A stretch of 64,000 nucleotides of DNA from Octopus bimaculoides (lineage: Eukaryota), in NCBI RefSeq assembly GCF_001194135.2, contig NC_068987.1, forward strand, positions 79,397,915 to 79,461,914, in the 5' to 3' direction. The notes beneath the pieces are model-generated. The model was not told where the DNA came from, made no database searches, and saw nothing but the letters and a program-made list of their open reading frames with translations. Positions within the stretch are counted from its first letter, which is position 1. Every line of letters begins with the position of its first letter. Shown here in pieces: positions 38,484-52,221 of this stretch. The position numbers and the translations under genes were made by a program.

Positions 38484-39678
38484 ATGCCAATCTAAGGATT
38501 GTCAATACTGGAATGACTTTGATCATAAGTCTGTTTACTCAAGATTAATCTGCAGTTAAACAGCAGCTACAGCAATAGATTTGTAGCTCTATGCTAATGT
38601 ATGAAATCGTAATTTAATAGGAAAACAAAGTAAATGAAAGATCAGGGATGTAAAATTATGATTACATTGAAGGACGGCGTAGTATCGTTAAATCTGAAAT
38701 AATATTGTTGATCAAATTATTGATGATCTTTGTAAAAACACAATATAAGACTACAATTAATATTTGCTCTATATTTCTAGCGAACAGAAATTTGCAAATA
38801 CTTAGAGAAGCAGTTGTTTAATAGAACCGCGTAATGAAAATAAATAATTTTAAAAAGGTAACCGACAACATTACAGAGAAAAGCATTAGCGATAGACACA
38901 GTATCTTCTCTTAGTAATATCGATAAGACTGTGCATAAGTTTCAGAGTACATGAGACACGGGTAGCTTTAAGAGAATCATGTCTCTTTTAAGAGAAGAAA
39001 TTTTTCCAAAATAGATTACGAATGCTATGGTAAGATTATCGTGCTCTCGGATCAATTTTCCAAGACTGAAAGTGTCTCCTCAAAGTCTATGAATCTTTAG
39101 TAAACATGTAAATGCTATTTTTTTGTTTGTTTTTATTTCACATGGAAACTGAACCGAAGAAACAACAACAATGCATAACTATTTTGCTTTTTGATGCTGT
39201 TGCTCTTATAACGATGCTAATGATATTGTAATTGGGGTACTAAATGATCAGAGACAAATGCAAGACTTTATCATCAACAATCTCAGCTCATTCGTTTTAG
39301 CTTTCGTTATTTTGATAGAATAGTATCATGTATGTAGAAGAAACGTACCTCTCAAAATAAAGACTGCATGATCATTACGTTCTGGAAGTGGCCATCTTAT
39401 CGATATAAATGCTATTATTTTCACTGCGAGTTTTCTTCCTCACAACCAAAGCGACAACACCGTTTCTTTCAAGAGAAACATTCTTAATTCTTCTAAGATC
39501 TGTTTTATATCAATAACAAGCCATTAAATTCAAGACTACGGCCATCATAGTAATAAAAGCAAGGTCAGTCACGTGAAAGAGAGAGGGTGGTTTTTAATAA
39601 CAAAATGTAGACTTCACATCATTAACAACGCTCTGTAATATTTAAAAATGTATTGGGTAACCAATGAAGACTTTATCA

Positions 39679-39830
39679 TGGCTCAGTGGTTAGAGCATCG
39701 GGCTCACAATAATGAAGTAGTGAGTTCGATTCCCGGACCGGGCTGTGGTATGTTCTTGAGCGAGACACTTTATTTTACATTGTTTCACTACACATAGCTG
39801 TAGAAATGAGTTGCGACGTCATTGGTGCCA
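39679..39830 (+). mobile_element. tRNA-derived SINE head with CORE-like segment, 3'-truncated
   Basis: A box TGGCTCAGTGG (39679-39689), B box GAGTTCGATTCC (39722-39733), then TTCTTGAGCGAGACACTTTATTT...AGCTGTAGAAATGAGT. No tRNA acceptor stem or CCA, so not a tRNA gene. Confidence 0.75.
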
Positions 39831-42023
39831 TGTATCTACTGTTTAAGTAAGTTCAAGAAGTGACGGAATTGAAATGATATTCCCAGAAATCGAATCTGCA
39901 TCACCGATTCTGTCATCCCTCACTTTCTGCAACCGTACACGTCATTCAGTAAATAAATAGATAGATAGATATAGTTGGATATATAAATAAATTCGTCTGA
40001 TGATCGCTTTTATTTCAAATGTTAGGCAGTAAGCCTGCGTGAGATTTTCTATTATTTGGTATTTAATAGACTTAATAGAGTCGACTGCTAATGTGGCAGA
40101 TTAATGTCACAGATCATTAAGTTTGACCAACGACTAAGTCTAAATATATAATTGAGAATGTATTTGAATATTGCGATAATTGATGGAGAAAAATACAGGC
40201 TAATAACTATCGCTAAATAATTAGAACATTGCAATAGTAGTGATACATGTCTGACGAGTTGAGAGAGAATAAGAAAGGGAAAGAGAGGGGCAGTGAGAGG
40301 GACAAAGAGAGATTTGAAAACCTGTAAAGTCACTGAATTATTAATACAACGCTGAGACATTTACTAAGATGCTGTAGAGAAAGATTTTGATAATAAAATG
40401 CTGATTAGTAAAATATTCACTTTTGAAACAGTGCAATTACAATAGTGATATTTCTAAGCCACTGAACATCAAAAGACTACCTCAAGAGACGATGCTTTAA
40501 TAAACTGACGAATAGCATACGGATCGAGCAATAATAATGGAGGTGGGGGGTCTTAACTGTTGGAGAGTAATACAGAATCTTTATTCATTGTATACTTTAA
40601 TTACCATAAACACACCCACACATACACACACTCATGCACGCCATAATCGTTATTCTACTAATTAGCATATATTTCTAAACTAAATTAATTCTATTCAATT
40701 ATTGCAATAACATTACAAGCTCCAGTAATCGAAGCTCTGAACTCTGTAAATCCCCCCAGTAAACAACAAGAAATATGTTAGACAAATAAATCACCTGTTT
40801 CCAGCAATAGTTTAAACAACGTTTAATCAAGTAAATATTCAACATTGTTAAAGCGGTTTTCCCTAGCTTCCTGACCTTATAAATATTATAGGAAGGAAGA
40901 GAATATAATTTTGATTTTATGTCAATGCTATCATAGAAAATGTCAATTCCTGAATTAGATAATCTAATAGAAACTGAACCTCTTATTTTATTTAGTATTG
41001 TTTTGTGACCAGAAGAGAATGAAATAACCCGCTACCCCCCTGTACTTTCTAAAACATAATTTAGAAATATCTAGTTATAAATTTAAATAATTTGAACACA
41101 TTTAATGGGGTTATGCGAAGCCTCTCTTCCCTGTATAACTGGTTGTATGATTGTTTATACATATATTTGAATACATCATTATGGAAATTAGATTCTTGCT
41201 TTCTTTTTACTTTCATTCTTTCTCTCTTTCATTATTCCATTCTTCAAGGATAACTAAAAAAAAAAATAATAATGATGATAAAATAAATAAATAAAAGCGG
41301 GAAGCCATAAATCTCAGTTTTTCTTATTTCTACTCGTCCACCTATACCAACTTTTTCTATTATTTCTTTTTGTTTTTTTTTTGTTTTTTGTTTTCTTTAA
41401 TTTCTAGGCTTGTTAGTTATTTGTTGTAAGATAGGAAATATTAGGACATTTAGCTGCTGTCAACAACTGCTAGTATTATTTGTGTTTATTATGGAGGGTC
41501 GGGGGTCGTAAATGGGGGAGGAGAAGAGAATGACAGAAAACTAGCAACATCAAGGTGGGCGTTTCAACTCTATTCTTCCTATCTGTCTGACCTATTTCTA
41601 ACACACATTATCTTATTATTTTTTATCTTTTCTCAAGTTAATCACAGTTACTAAAAGTCGTGGCAAAATCCACACTAACATCCACTCATTTCTTTCCCTA
41701 ATTTTCTTATATCGTTCTTACTTCTATTCATAAATTTATCCTCTCATTCACATTCCCTTTCTCTTTCTTTCTCTCCCTTACATACTTTCTCCATTTCTTT
41801 GTCACACTGTTTTTTTCTTTTCTTTTTTTCACGCAGATTTCTTCCCGTTCTTTTTTTTTTATCTCCTGATTTCTCTATTTCCCCGTTCCTCTTTTACTCA
41901 TTTGTTCAAATTCCTTTCATTGTGCACCTGTTTATGTCACATTTGAAGTAAAGACGTGGAAAATATAACCAGCAGCAGCAGCAATAAGAGCATAAATAAA
42001 TAAGCAGACACTGACGAGAAATA

Positions 42024-42379
42024 CAGTGATACCTCAAAGAAAGAGCTTAATTCGTTCCATGACCGAGCTCGTCTTACGATTTACTCGTTTTACAAATCAA
42101 TTTTCCCCATTGAAATTATCTAAAATATAATTAATCCGTTCCAGCCCCGAAAACCACCCAAAAATAATTTTTTATGGGTTTTAAAACAGAAAAGATGTAG
42201 TTACAAGTAAGATGACAATTATAAAAAAGGGAATGCAAAACTCTAAAAATTTGTGTGTACGATTTGTGTGCTCGTACTGCGGATTTCCATTCGTACTTCA
42301 AGACAAAAATTCACACGAGCCTCGGCTCGTACAGCAAATTACTTGTACAATGGTGCACACGTACTACGAAGTTCTACTG
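42024..42379. mobile_element. pogo/Tigger-like (Tc1/mariner superfamily) MITE with TA target duplication
   Basis: TA|CAGTGATACCTC...CGAAGTTCTACTG|TA, with degenerate TIRs (CAGTGATACCTC vs CAGTAGAACTTC). Internal GAGCTTAATTCGTTCC and TTAATCCGTTCCAG motifs are typical of such MITEs. Confidence 0.65.
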
Positions 42380-42815
42380 TATATAGTGACGTATAGATCG
42401 GGATTCATTGAAAACTATACTGGCAAATTTTGTTATTACATTAAAGAATAGGTTAGTAATTATGTGACTAGATAGATATATAGTTAGACAGATAAATAGA
42501 TAAGTAGCTAGATATCAAATATAACTCATAAGATTGGGTTGTCAGATAAATTCATTCGTTTTTTGTTTTCATTTACTTTAATCCTAATTTTTAATCAACA
42601 ATTTTTAACGAATCTAGTCATTAATCTAGACCCCCTTCGTTGTTCATTACTTCTTTCCAATAGTTCCCAAACCCGTCAACGCCTTGACAGTAGAAATTAC
42701 TGGTTTGCAAGAAGTGTTGGTAAAAACTAATGAATAGAAGAAAGCGAACGAGTTTATCTGACAACCCAAGAGAATAGCTTAAACATTTAGGATAACTTCT
42801 GATAATATAGTCAAG

Positions 42816-43020
42816 AGGGCGGCGAGCTGGCAGAATCGTTAGCACGTCGGGCGAAATGCTTAGTGGTATTTCGTCTGTCTTTACGTTCTGAGTTCAAATT
42901 GCACTGAGGTCGACTTTTCCTTTCGGGTCGATAAACTAAGCATTAGTTTCGTACTAGGGCCGATGTAATCGACTGGCCCCCTCCCGCCAAATTTCGGGCC
43001 TTGCACCTACAGTAGAAAAG
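42816..43020 (+). mobile_element. SINE family B with 12-bp target-site duplication
   Basis: Complete head to tail. Flanked by AATATAGTCAAG (42804-42815) and AATATAGTTAAG (43021-43032). Confidence 0.9.
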
Positions 43021-43036
43021 AATATAGTTAAGTTAA

Positions 43037-43510
43037 GGCGGCGAGCTGGCAGAAACGTTAGCACGCCGGGCGAAATGCTTAGTGGCATTTCATCCGTCTA
43101 NNNNNNNNNNGGCGAAATGCTTAGTGGTATTTCGTCTGTCTTTACGTTCTGAGTTCAAATTGCACTGAGGTCGACTTTTCCTTTCGGGTCGATAAACTAA
43201 GCATTAGTTTCGTACTAGGGCCGATGTAATCGACTGGCCCCCTCCCGCCAAATTTCGGGCCTTGCACCTACAGTAGAAAAGAATATAGTTAAGTTAAGGC
43301 GGCGAGCTGGCAGAAACGTTAGCACGCCGGGCGAAATGCTTAGTGGCATTTCATCCGTCTAAACGACTTGAGCTCAAATTCCGTGGAGGTTGTTTTTGCC
43401 TTTCATCATTTTGGGTGTTGATAAAATAAGTACCAGCTGAAGACTGGGTCTAGTGTAATCGACTTGATCCATCTCCGAAATTACTGACCACGAACTAAAA
43501 TTTGAAAGCA
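43037..43510 (+). mobile_element. Second SINE family B in tandem; span inflated by a 251-bp assembly duplication
   Basis: Head GGCGGCGAGCTGGCAGAAACGTTAGCACGCCGGGCG. 42850-43100 is repeated identically at 43111-43361 across a 10-N gap. The element continues to ACTAAAATTTGAAGC. Confidence 0.8.
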
Positions 43511-46406
43511 ATATAAATAGTGAAATTAGATTGCGAATATTTTTTAATGAATTCAAAACTGCAAGTTTATTAGTATCTTAATTAATCAGGTGGAAAATTA
43601 GACGTAAAATATGCTATCACAATACAGTCGTGCTATTAAATCACTATAAAGAGTATGAAATAAATTTACTGTAGAAATGTGTACAGAGAAGGGACGAGAA
43701 AGAAACGGAATATCAGAAACGAAACATACGTAATTCTTTTCGTTTTCAACTGTTTTCTGTTATGGCGCCCAAAAGTGTTTATCTTCCCATAACTCTTATT
43801 TTGTTTTCTGGAGTCTATTGTATGAAGATCCCATCAGATTTAAGGTGGAACCTTTATAACGTTATATCACTAAAACGAAACGTTAAGATTTGAATGAGAT
43901 CAACCTCTTATGATGATAGATATTCATTATCAATCGTAATTGAACAATGGAAACAAAAAGGAGCTAAAAGAAATAACTCTGAGATGATAGTGGCTTCTAT
44001 TTGAAAAACATAGAGGTATATCAGATTCCATAAGGCATAATGTCTTGACTTATTAAAAATCTCCGCCTCCAGAGGATGTACTATAATTACCAAATATCAA
44101 TTAAGACCAGCTGAACTTGAAAAGGGGAAACCAGGATTACACTCAACTATACTGATCAGAAATGTTTCGTATTTGCTAACATTGTTCGATTACATTCCGA
44201 TGAAATTGTAAAAATGGAAAGAAATATAACAATTTGAAAAAAAGCTTCTCGATGAATCCTTAAAGGAAATGCCCTTTGTTACAGTGAAAGGCACAACCTT
44301 TAATTGACTTAATGAAGTTAATTAATGATTTACATTGTAATTAGCACCGAATTCAGAGGAATGACATTAAATTAATAGCAAGATTTTTTTTTAGCGAGAA
44401 AGTGTTTAATAGAGGGAAGAAGATTAATTATAATCTCTTAGTTTGGAAAATACAATCTTCATACTTATTGAGAAATTGATTATTGAGAAATGTTTTAACT
44501 TGTCAAGCCTGGTTTAGTAGTAACAACTACGTAAATTGAAATAGTATACGAAAGCGGAAAAAAGTATTAAACGTGACTATCTATACGATATTTGAGTAAT
44601 TGTTAAAAATCACACTTTCTATTAGTTTGGTTATGAATAACACTGAATAAGTTTGCAAGATATTTTTGTATTTTTTCATAACAGACATCCACTTAACCCA
44701 ACATTTTATTCATAGATATTCGTTCATACAGTTTCGTGTTACAAGGTTCGACTTAGGTACTAAAATCTACCAAACTAAATTTAGTTCGGGAGACGATCAC
44801 CCCCACATTCTTCTTATACTCTGCTGTCTCTGTCCCTCTCCATCTCACACAGTCTTTTTTTTTTATCGGTTTCACCTCGAGGTGTAAGTGGAAAAAACGT
44901 TCAGTTCAAGCAATTGACGGGATATGACTTCAGTAAAGAATCTTTGATTCTTTTTCAGAGATGCCAATATCTTTTTATTTTGCGGCTATTGCATCTTCTA
45001 TGAATAGATACATTTAATTGTGCACAGTACATGCATACAAATATAAAGGTAACACAGGCATTGCTTTATATACATTATAGACGAGGTAATATATACATAC
45101 ATTTATACAAACATACACACACACAAACACACATACATATGTAAGTAATTGCGTGTACTAACATTTTGCATGCAACCAGGTTCAATATATTGCAAGTACT
45201 TATTTAAGTATATATCTATCATGTCGTTCGTTACTTTATTTGTTATTTAAATTTGTTGTCTGTATAAAAAAAAGGAAACAACTCTAACAATCTCTGTTAA
45301 CTATTAACGCCGTTATATCATTTACCAGTGCTTTCTACACAAACTTTAAATGCAGTGGCTGTTTGAAAGACAACGTACAATATATATAAGTATATATAGA
45401 AATGACCCGGCAGATCATCTGATGAAGTAGTCTTCTTTTTCTAGTTCGCTAAATTTCAATAGAAACGCATAAAGATATATAGCAAAGTAAAGAAGTTCAA
45501 TAAAAAAAAGAAGAAAAAAAAGAAGAACTCGAGTAAATAAATAGAAATATCTGTTAGTATGGTGTGTAAAAGAAACAATATGTAGATAAAGAAAAATAAA
45601 ACTGGGCAAAAGCAGGAAGCAAATGATTTGATATAAAAGTTTAAATTCTAATATATGTTTGACAAATTGGAAGAAGATGGCTAAATTAGATTTCGTCCAA
45701 TATATACAATAGGGTTTCCTTCCTAATTCACTTCTATGCAGCCGTATTAATGTAAGCATTATTTCTCCTCCATTGGAACCCGAATAACAAGGTAGATGAA
45801 TCGTTTGAAGTTTGCTCGCCATGAAATGCTAGAATGGGGTATATTATTAAGAAGCTTCCATCATTCGAATCTATCTTAGAAGGTGAGAAGCTGTGCCAAG
45901 GAAATAGCTTTGAAATCAAATTACGCTTTACGATATGGAAAGCGGGAGAGCAGTATGTGCTGCCAAGAGGCCTTTTTACTTCGTGATGGAATCGTTACTT
46001 GTCACGCCATTGGTATATCCCCAGCTACTTAAGTCCATGCCATTGGACAGCAGCAATTCGATATTTTAGCTAAACTACAAAATGAAAAGGAATCAAAAGT
46101 CAGTAAACGCAAGTCTTTCTACAAAGGCAAAGCTATATCCAGCTTGCTACACAACACAAACATATTTAAAAGGAACGGTGTTTTCTTCCGAGTAAACATG
46201 TTTTAAATTTATTCCATACGTTATATTAAAATTATTTATTCAATTTTCATTTTTAAAAGTAAGATGAATCTTGCTGCTATATTTCAATCAAGCATTCTTA
46301 TAAATTTGTGTATGTATTTGTCCTATTATTATGATTGATATTAAATGTAATGACATCTAATTTATATAACGATGAATTGGACCTGATATAATTTTCTTTA
46401 CAGCAG

Positions 46407-46608
46407 GCATCCGGCCCAAAAATGAAAACAATAAAGATATTGTAATATCAGGAGTGACTGCCCCAACAGATGTTTTCTGCTCTGTACCTGGCCGTCTTTC
46501 CTTGCTCAGTTCAACGTCCAAATATAAAGTGACCGTTGCAGAAGTTCAAAGACGGTTATCACCCCCAGAATGTCTAAATGCATCACTGCTAGGAGGCGTT
46601 CTGAGACG
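46407..46608 (+). CDS. TFAP2: AP-2 transcription factor exon (basic DNA-binding region; equivalent of vertebrate exon 4), 202 nt
   Basis: Translates to (G)[66 protein letters not shown](R). [46 protein letters not shown] is the AP-2 family signature. Acceptor TTTTCTTTACAGCAG, donor CG|GTAAGT at 46609. Confidence 0.98.
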
Positions 46609-48324
46609 GTAAGTGAAAATATTATTTTGGAACTGCATCTTCCCAAATGTCTCTCAAACCCGCCACGATTATTGAAAAAGAGCCCCCCCCCCAAACAAAA
46701 ACAAACCATTTAGATGAACAACCATTTACTAGGAAGAAATACTTAGCAAGGACGTAAGAATTAGTGACTGAGAAATCAAAACTTCGAATCTAATTACATT
46801 AACAACCATTGCACATTGCAGTTAAATCTTAAATTTTTAATGAAGTTAAAGGTACCAATCCCTCGGTTACTTTTATGNNNNNNNNNNNNNNNNNNNNNNN
46901 NNNNNNNNNNNNNNNNNNNNNNNNNNNNNNNNNNNNNNNNNNNNNNNNNNNNNNNNNNNNNNNNNNNNNNNNNNNNNNNNNNNNNNNNNNNNNNNNNNNN
47001 NNNNNNNNNNNNNNNNNNNNNNNNNNNNNNNNNNNNNNNNNNNNNNNNNNNNNNNNNNNNNNNNNNNNNNNNNNNNNNNNNNNNNNNNNNNNNNNNNNNN
47101 NNNNNNNNNNNNNNNNNNNNNNNNNNNNNNNNNNNNNNNNNNNNNNNNNNNNNNNNNNNNNNNNNNNNNNNNNNNNNNNNNNNNNNNNNNNNNNNNNNNN
47201 NNNNNNNNNNNNNNNNNNNNNNNNNNNNNNNNNNNNNNNNNNNNNNNNNNNNNNNNNNNNNNNNNNNNNNNNNNNNNNNNNNNNNNNNNNNNNNNNNNNN
47301 NNNNNNNNNNNNNNNNNNNNNNNNNNNNNNNNNNNNNNNNNNNNNNNNNNNNNNNNNNNNNNNNNNNNNNNNNNNNNNNNNNNNNNNNNNNNNNNNNNNN
47401 NNNNNNNNNNNNNNNNNNNNNNNNNNNNNNNNNNNNNNNNNNNNNNNNNNNNNNNNNNNNNNNNNNNNNNNNNNNNNNNNNNNNNNNNNNNNNNNNNNNN
47501 NNNNNNNNNNNNNNATATATATATATATATACATATAGATGTGCATGTATGTGTATATGTGTATACACGTATATAAACACATAGAATACACAAGGTTGCA
47601 TATTCATACATGCACTCACATCGCCGTATGCGCAAATATATATGTGTATATATGTGTGTGTGTGCCTGTGTATGTGTGTATGCAACGAATAATATTTGAA
47701 TGAATGTTCCTCTGAGTGAGTTAACTATTGTATCTATGAATTTAATGCTTTCTATGAATGCAGTCATATATATTGCAGCATTGCAGCAAGTATAAACCTT
47801 CTTTCGCCAGAGGCAAAATGCAATCAGAAAAAAAAGAACACAAAACAAAAAATTTAAAAAAGTAAAATAAAAAAAACAAACTTTAATTTACTTTTTAAAA
47901 TATACCATAAGTTCACAACTCAAAGACTTCGTTACAGCGCAACTAATAGCAACTACATGAATGAAAAAACAACAAAAATCAATGAAATAATCATAAAAGC
48001 AATAACGTTTTTTTTACTTCTTCTAGATGACGAAGAATGAAGTGTAATTTCATATACACACATTCACACACACACAGACGCATGTACGCACACTATATAT
48101 ACATGTGCTAAACTCTCCCCACCACACACATGGAGAGATATGTGTTTATACATGCTCCAATACATACATAGACAACGACATATTTATACATATTGAGACA
48201 CATACAAACACGCACACACACATACATATATACATGTATTTATACACTTATATGTGTATAAATGTGCACGTATCAATATCAATATATATATATATAATAT
48301 ATATGTATACACTACATACATACA

Positions 48325-48374
<50 letters not shown>

Positions 48375-48554
48375 TATATATGTCTAGGTGAGTGAGAGGG
48401 GGTATGAGAAAAAGAGAAAGCCTATGCGATTGGTTCTTTTGTTTCTCCTGAATTCTTTAAGGCATTGCAGAAATCCTGTTTTACTCTACAAAAGTTGTAA
48501 TATATGTAGTACTACTTCTGCTGCCGCGCACCACACACCACCACCAGTACCCCC

Positions 48555-48590
<36 letters not shown>

Positions 48591-49461
48591 ATGAAGTAAA
48601 AGCTTTCTTTCTTGTCGATGTGTGATGGTAATTGTATAACATGAGAGAATAAAAATCATCCCAACTAGTTTGTCGTCAACTGACTCAGAGAGTATTGACC
48701 ATACAAAAGAATAAACCTTTTTTGCATAGAAAACTTGCTTTCTAACTTTATGGCAGTACCAATTTTTTCCCACGCTTCCATAAGCTATTTTATATTTTAC
48801 CAGGTATTTATTGAATTAAGTATATAAAAATATGAGTATATGTATGTATATCACTTTGCCTGGACTAGATGTGATTGTTTCTTTATTTCTATAACTTACT
48901 TTTATAAATTACTTTTTATTAATTCAATTCCTTGAACAGACCACATTCTGTATGGACAATACAAGGTCACTGTTTATGTTCCGTAACCTGGAACTCCTTT
49001 ATTGTTACATTTTTGTAGCATACCTTCGCACTAAGAGTTTTTTACTAACGGACGTGTACACACATACACACACACGCGGACACACATACACACACACACA
49101 CACGTATTCATTTCTTTGTAAGTGAGAATCACTAATGTACCAGAATGTATAAGAAGCTATATTATTTATTTCTAAATAACAATGACTATATTGGAATGTA
49201 AATTCATATGTTCAGAAGACATAATTTTGTGTCTGCTACAGTTTCACATCGTCTTGAGACGTTTTCCAATTACGATTTAATAACAAAACAATGACTTCAC
49301 AGATAAAGATACCCAACAAATGTCTGTGCTTCAAATGGATATCAGAAAAGAAATGTTTTTTTCTTTTTTCTTGTTGATGCTTTAATATATTGTGTACTCG
49401 TTTTTCATAAGTTTTGTGCCTTATTTATTCACATTTATTTTTCTATTCATCTTTTGTGCAG

Positions 49462-49580
49462 GGCCAAATCAAAGAATGGCGGTAGGTCTTTGAGAGAAAA
49501 ACTGGAAAAGATAGGTCTTAGTTTGCCAGCAGGTCGACGAAAAGCCGCCAATGTTACTTTACTTACATCTTTGGTGGAAG
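49462..49580 (+). CDS. TFAP2: AP-2 transcription factor exon (basic region and start of helix-span-helix; equivalent of vertebrate exon 5), 119 nt
   Basis: Translates to (R)[39 protein letters not shown](G). Acceptor TTCATCTTTTGTGCAG, donor AAG|GTAAGT at 49581. The phase 2 start matches the previous exon. Confidence 0.98.
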
Positions 49581-49720
49581 GTAAGTCTTAATACTGATAA
49601 CAGCACGTATTTGTTATTTCATTTCTCAGAAATGAAGTTTAAATTATTTGTTGTGAGACAGATTCGTGAAGGTGGCCTAACTGCAGTACTCTCTATAATG
49701 ACATTTTCCAGAAGTTACCA

Positions 49721-49890
<170 letters not shown>

Positions 49891-51140
49891 TAGAAAAATA
49901 GATAGCTAGAGAAGTACAGAGAAAGAGATGAGAGAGAGAGAGACAGGGATAGAGAGGGAGAGAGAGAATAGAGAGAGAGAGGCGAGCGAGAGATCAAGCT
50001 TCTAATTAATAGAGAAACATTGGTGTTTGTGATATATTTGCTTCTTCCCATTCGAATTCAAACCCTAAAATTCGACACATTACGCATGATCAAGAACGCT
50101 GGAGCACTGGAAATATCATACTGTGTTTCAAAGCGCAGAATATCTCGAACAATGTTCCTGATATATCGAGGGCTTTTAAATTAGGCACCGTATTATCACG
50201 AAATTTAAAAATAATATATCTATAAGCATTTACCTGAATACTTGCATACTAACACCGTGATTGTTATAGAAATTAAAATGAAATTTATGCGAGATGAAGG
50301 AAATCTGCCATCATTGATCTAAGGATTATATAATAACTCATTATAAAAGATAGCAGGGTGAAATTTAAGTAAGATTTATCAGCATTTTAATAGCGAGTCG
50401 AGGAACAAGCCGAGTAAAGCAGGACAACTTAATATAATAGATACATAAATAGATAAGTCGATGGAAAGATTGATGTAAATGCACGAATTCTACGAGTACA
50501 AATACACACACACACACCCACACACATATATATATGTACACACACACACAAATATATATACTTGTATGTATATACATGTACATATATATGTATATGTGTA
50601 TACAAACGCGCAGAATTTTCTCAATGCAATACAAGGTCTTATATTCTTTTACTAGAAAGAAGTCGAATGAAATATGGTAATGAAATAGAATAAAATAAAT
50701 ATTCTTTAAATATCATTTTATACACCGAGGGTACATACATAATATATATATATTATATGTATATGTATGTGAATATATACATATATGTGTATGTACATAC
50801 ATATATATGTGTGTGTACTTAGGTCTGTACATATTTATATGTTTGTGTGTGCACGTGTGTGTATGAAATGTGTGTGTGTGTGTGAAAAAACAACTCTCCT
50901 ATAAATATAATATTATTCGTTATTACTTTATACGTTCAAGAGATATAAAACTAAAATTACAGTTAAATCCAAGGGGATTTTGATTCACAATTCTGAGACT
51001 TGAGGTCAATAAATATAAACATCGTTAGGCATTTTTTTACGGTTTCAACTGTTATTACTAAATTGAATATTGATCGGTTGGTAAATTATATTTATATTTT
51101 ACACCCACACCCCTACATACACACATATGCATATTGTTCA

Positions 51141-51215
<75 letters not shown>

Positions 51216-52221
51216 TTAGATCNNNNNNNNNNNNNNNNNNNNNNNNNNNNNNNNNNNNNNNNNNNNNNNNNNNNNNNNNNNNNNNNNNNNNNNNNNNNNN
51301 NNNNNNNNNNNNNNNNNNNNNNNNNNNNNNNNNNNNNNNNNNNNNNNNNNNNNNNNNNNNNNNNNNNNNNNNNNNNNNNNNNNNNNNNNNNNNNNNNNNN
51401 NNNNNNNNNNNNNNNNNNNNNNNNNNNNNNNNNNNNNTATATATATATATATATATATATTATTGCTGTGGATTCCGTACACTTTCCGTGTTATTTAGTG
51501 TAAGGTCAACCTTGGTTTTAACAGTTATTTGATTGCATGCCTTGTGGCCCCGAAATCTTATCTCTTTGTATATCAAAGATTATATTGACTCTCTTGTCTC
51601 TCCTTTTCTTTGAGTATAAGGCATGATCTCAAGGAATGTCGCTGCCATTTCATTTGAGTTTCTGTACTTGTTAAACCACGAGTGAGCTTCCATTGAGCAG
51701 ACCTATAAATTAAAGACACATCGGCCATTACTACGCTGTCTTTTTACTGCGCTCAGTGAATTCAGTTCTATATTATCCGAAGCCTTTTCGTTTTATGTTT
51801 GCTAAGACTATAGAGTGTAATTCGAAGTAGATTTGTTTATAAATCCTGATCAGTTCCCCAGGTTGGTTCGTTTATTTTAATGGATAGTCTATAGGTGAAG
51901 CAAGCTCCCGTATGTTCAGAGAAAGGGTACGTATGTGCAAAGAGGACGATTTCCAGTTGAAACGCTATTAGATATGGAAGAGTATTCGAATTGCTCAGCT
52001 TTCAAGCTACTTGTATGGTCAATCAAAACACTTAGTGACACATTCAATTAATGAGTCGCTTTTCTAAACAGCATACTGGTGCTGCTAATTAAGGAATATT
52101 TAATTACAATGAACGCGGCTGTCACATAGCCACGTTGCATTTACACGTGATTTCCACTACGTTCTTTCTTTTCATTTCCATTCTGACACAGAAGCAGCTT
52201 TATTTCAATTCCATTCCATCA

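Noticed and set aside
39499-39564. 66-nt cryptic exon candidate ending AAAGCAAG|GTCAGT, first considered as the AP-2 linker exon
   Set aside because: Has stops in the relevant frames and no AP-2 similarity; 17550-17603 fits far better.
40090-40200. Run of TAAT/ATTA homeodomain cores (also a CTTTGAT TCF-like site near 62416)
   Set aside because: Expected by chance at this AT content; no supporting structure.
42850-43361. Apparent 251-bp perfect tandem duplication, i.e. three or four SINEs in a row
   Set aside because: Identical copies directly flank a 10-N gap, the signature of unmerged overlapping contig ends. The true structure is probably two SINEs.
46506-46709. 67-aa minus-strand ORF overlapping the AP-2 exon
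   Set aside because: Antisense shadow of a real exon; no independent support.
48385-48393. TAG|GTGAGT recursive-site-like junction
   Set aside because: Preceded by (TA)n rather than a pyrimidine tract, and the intron is only 2.85 kb.
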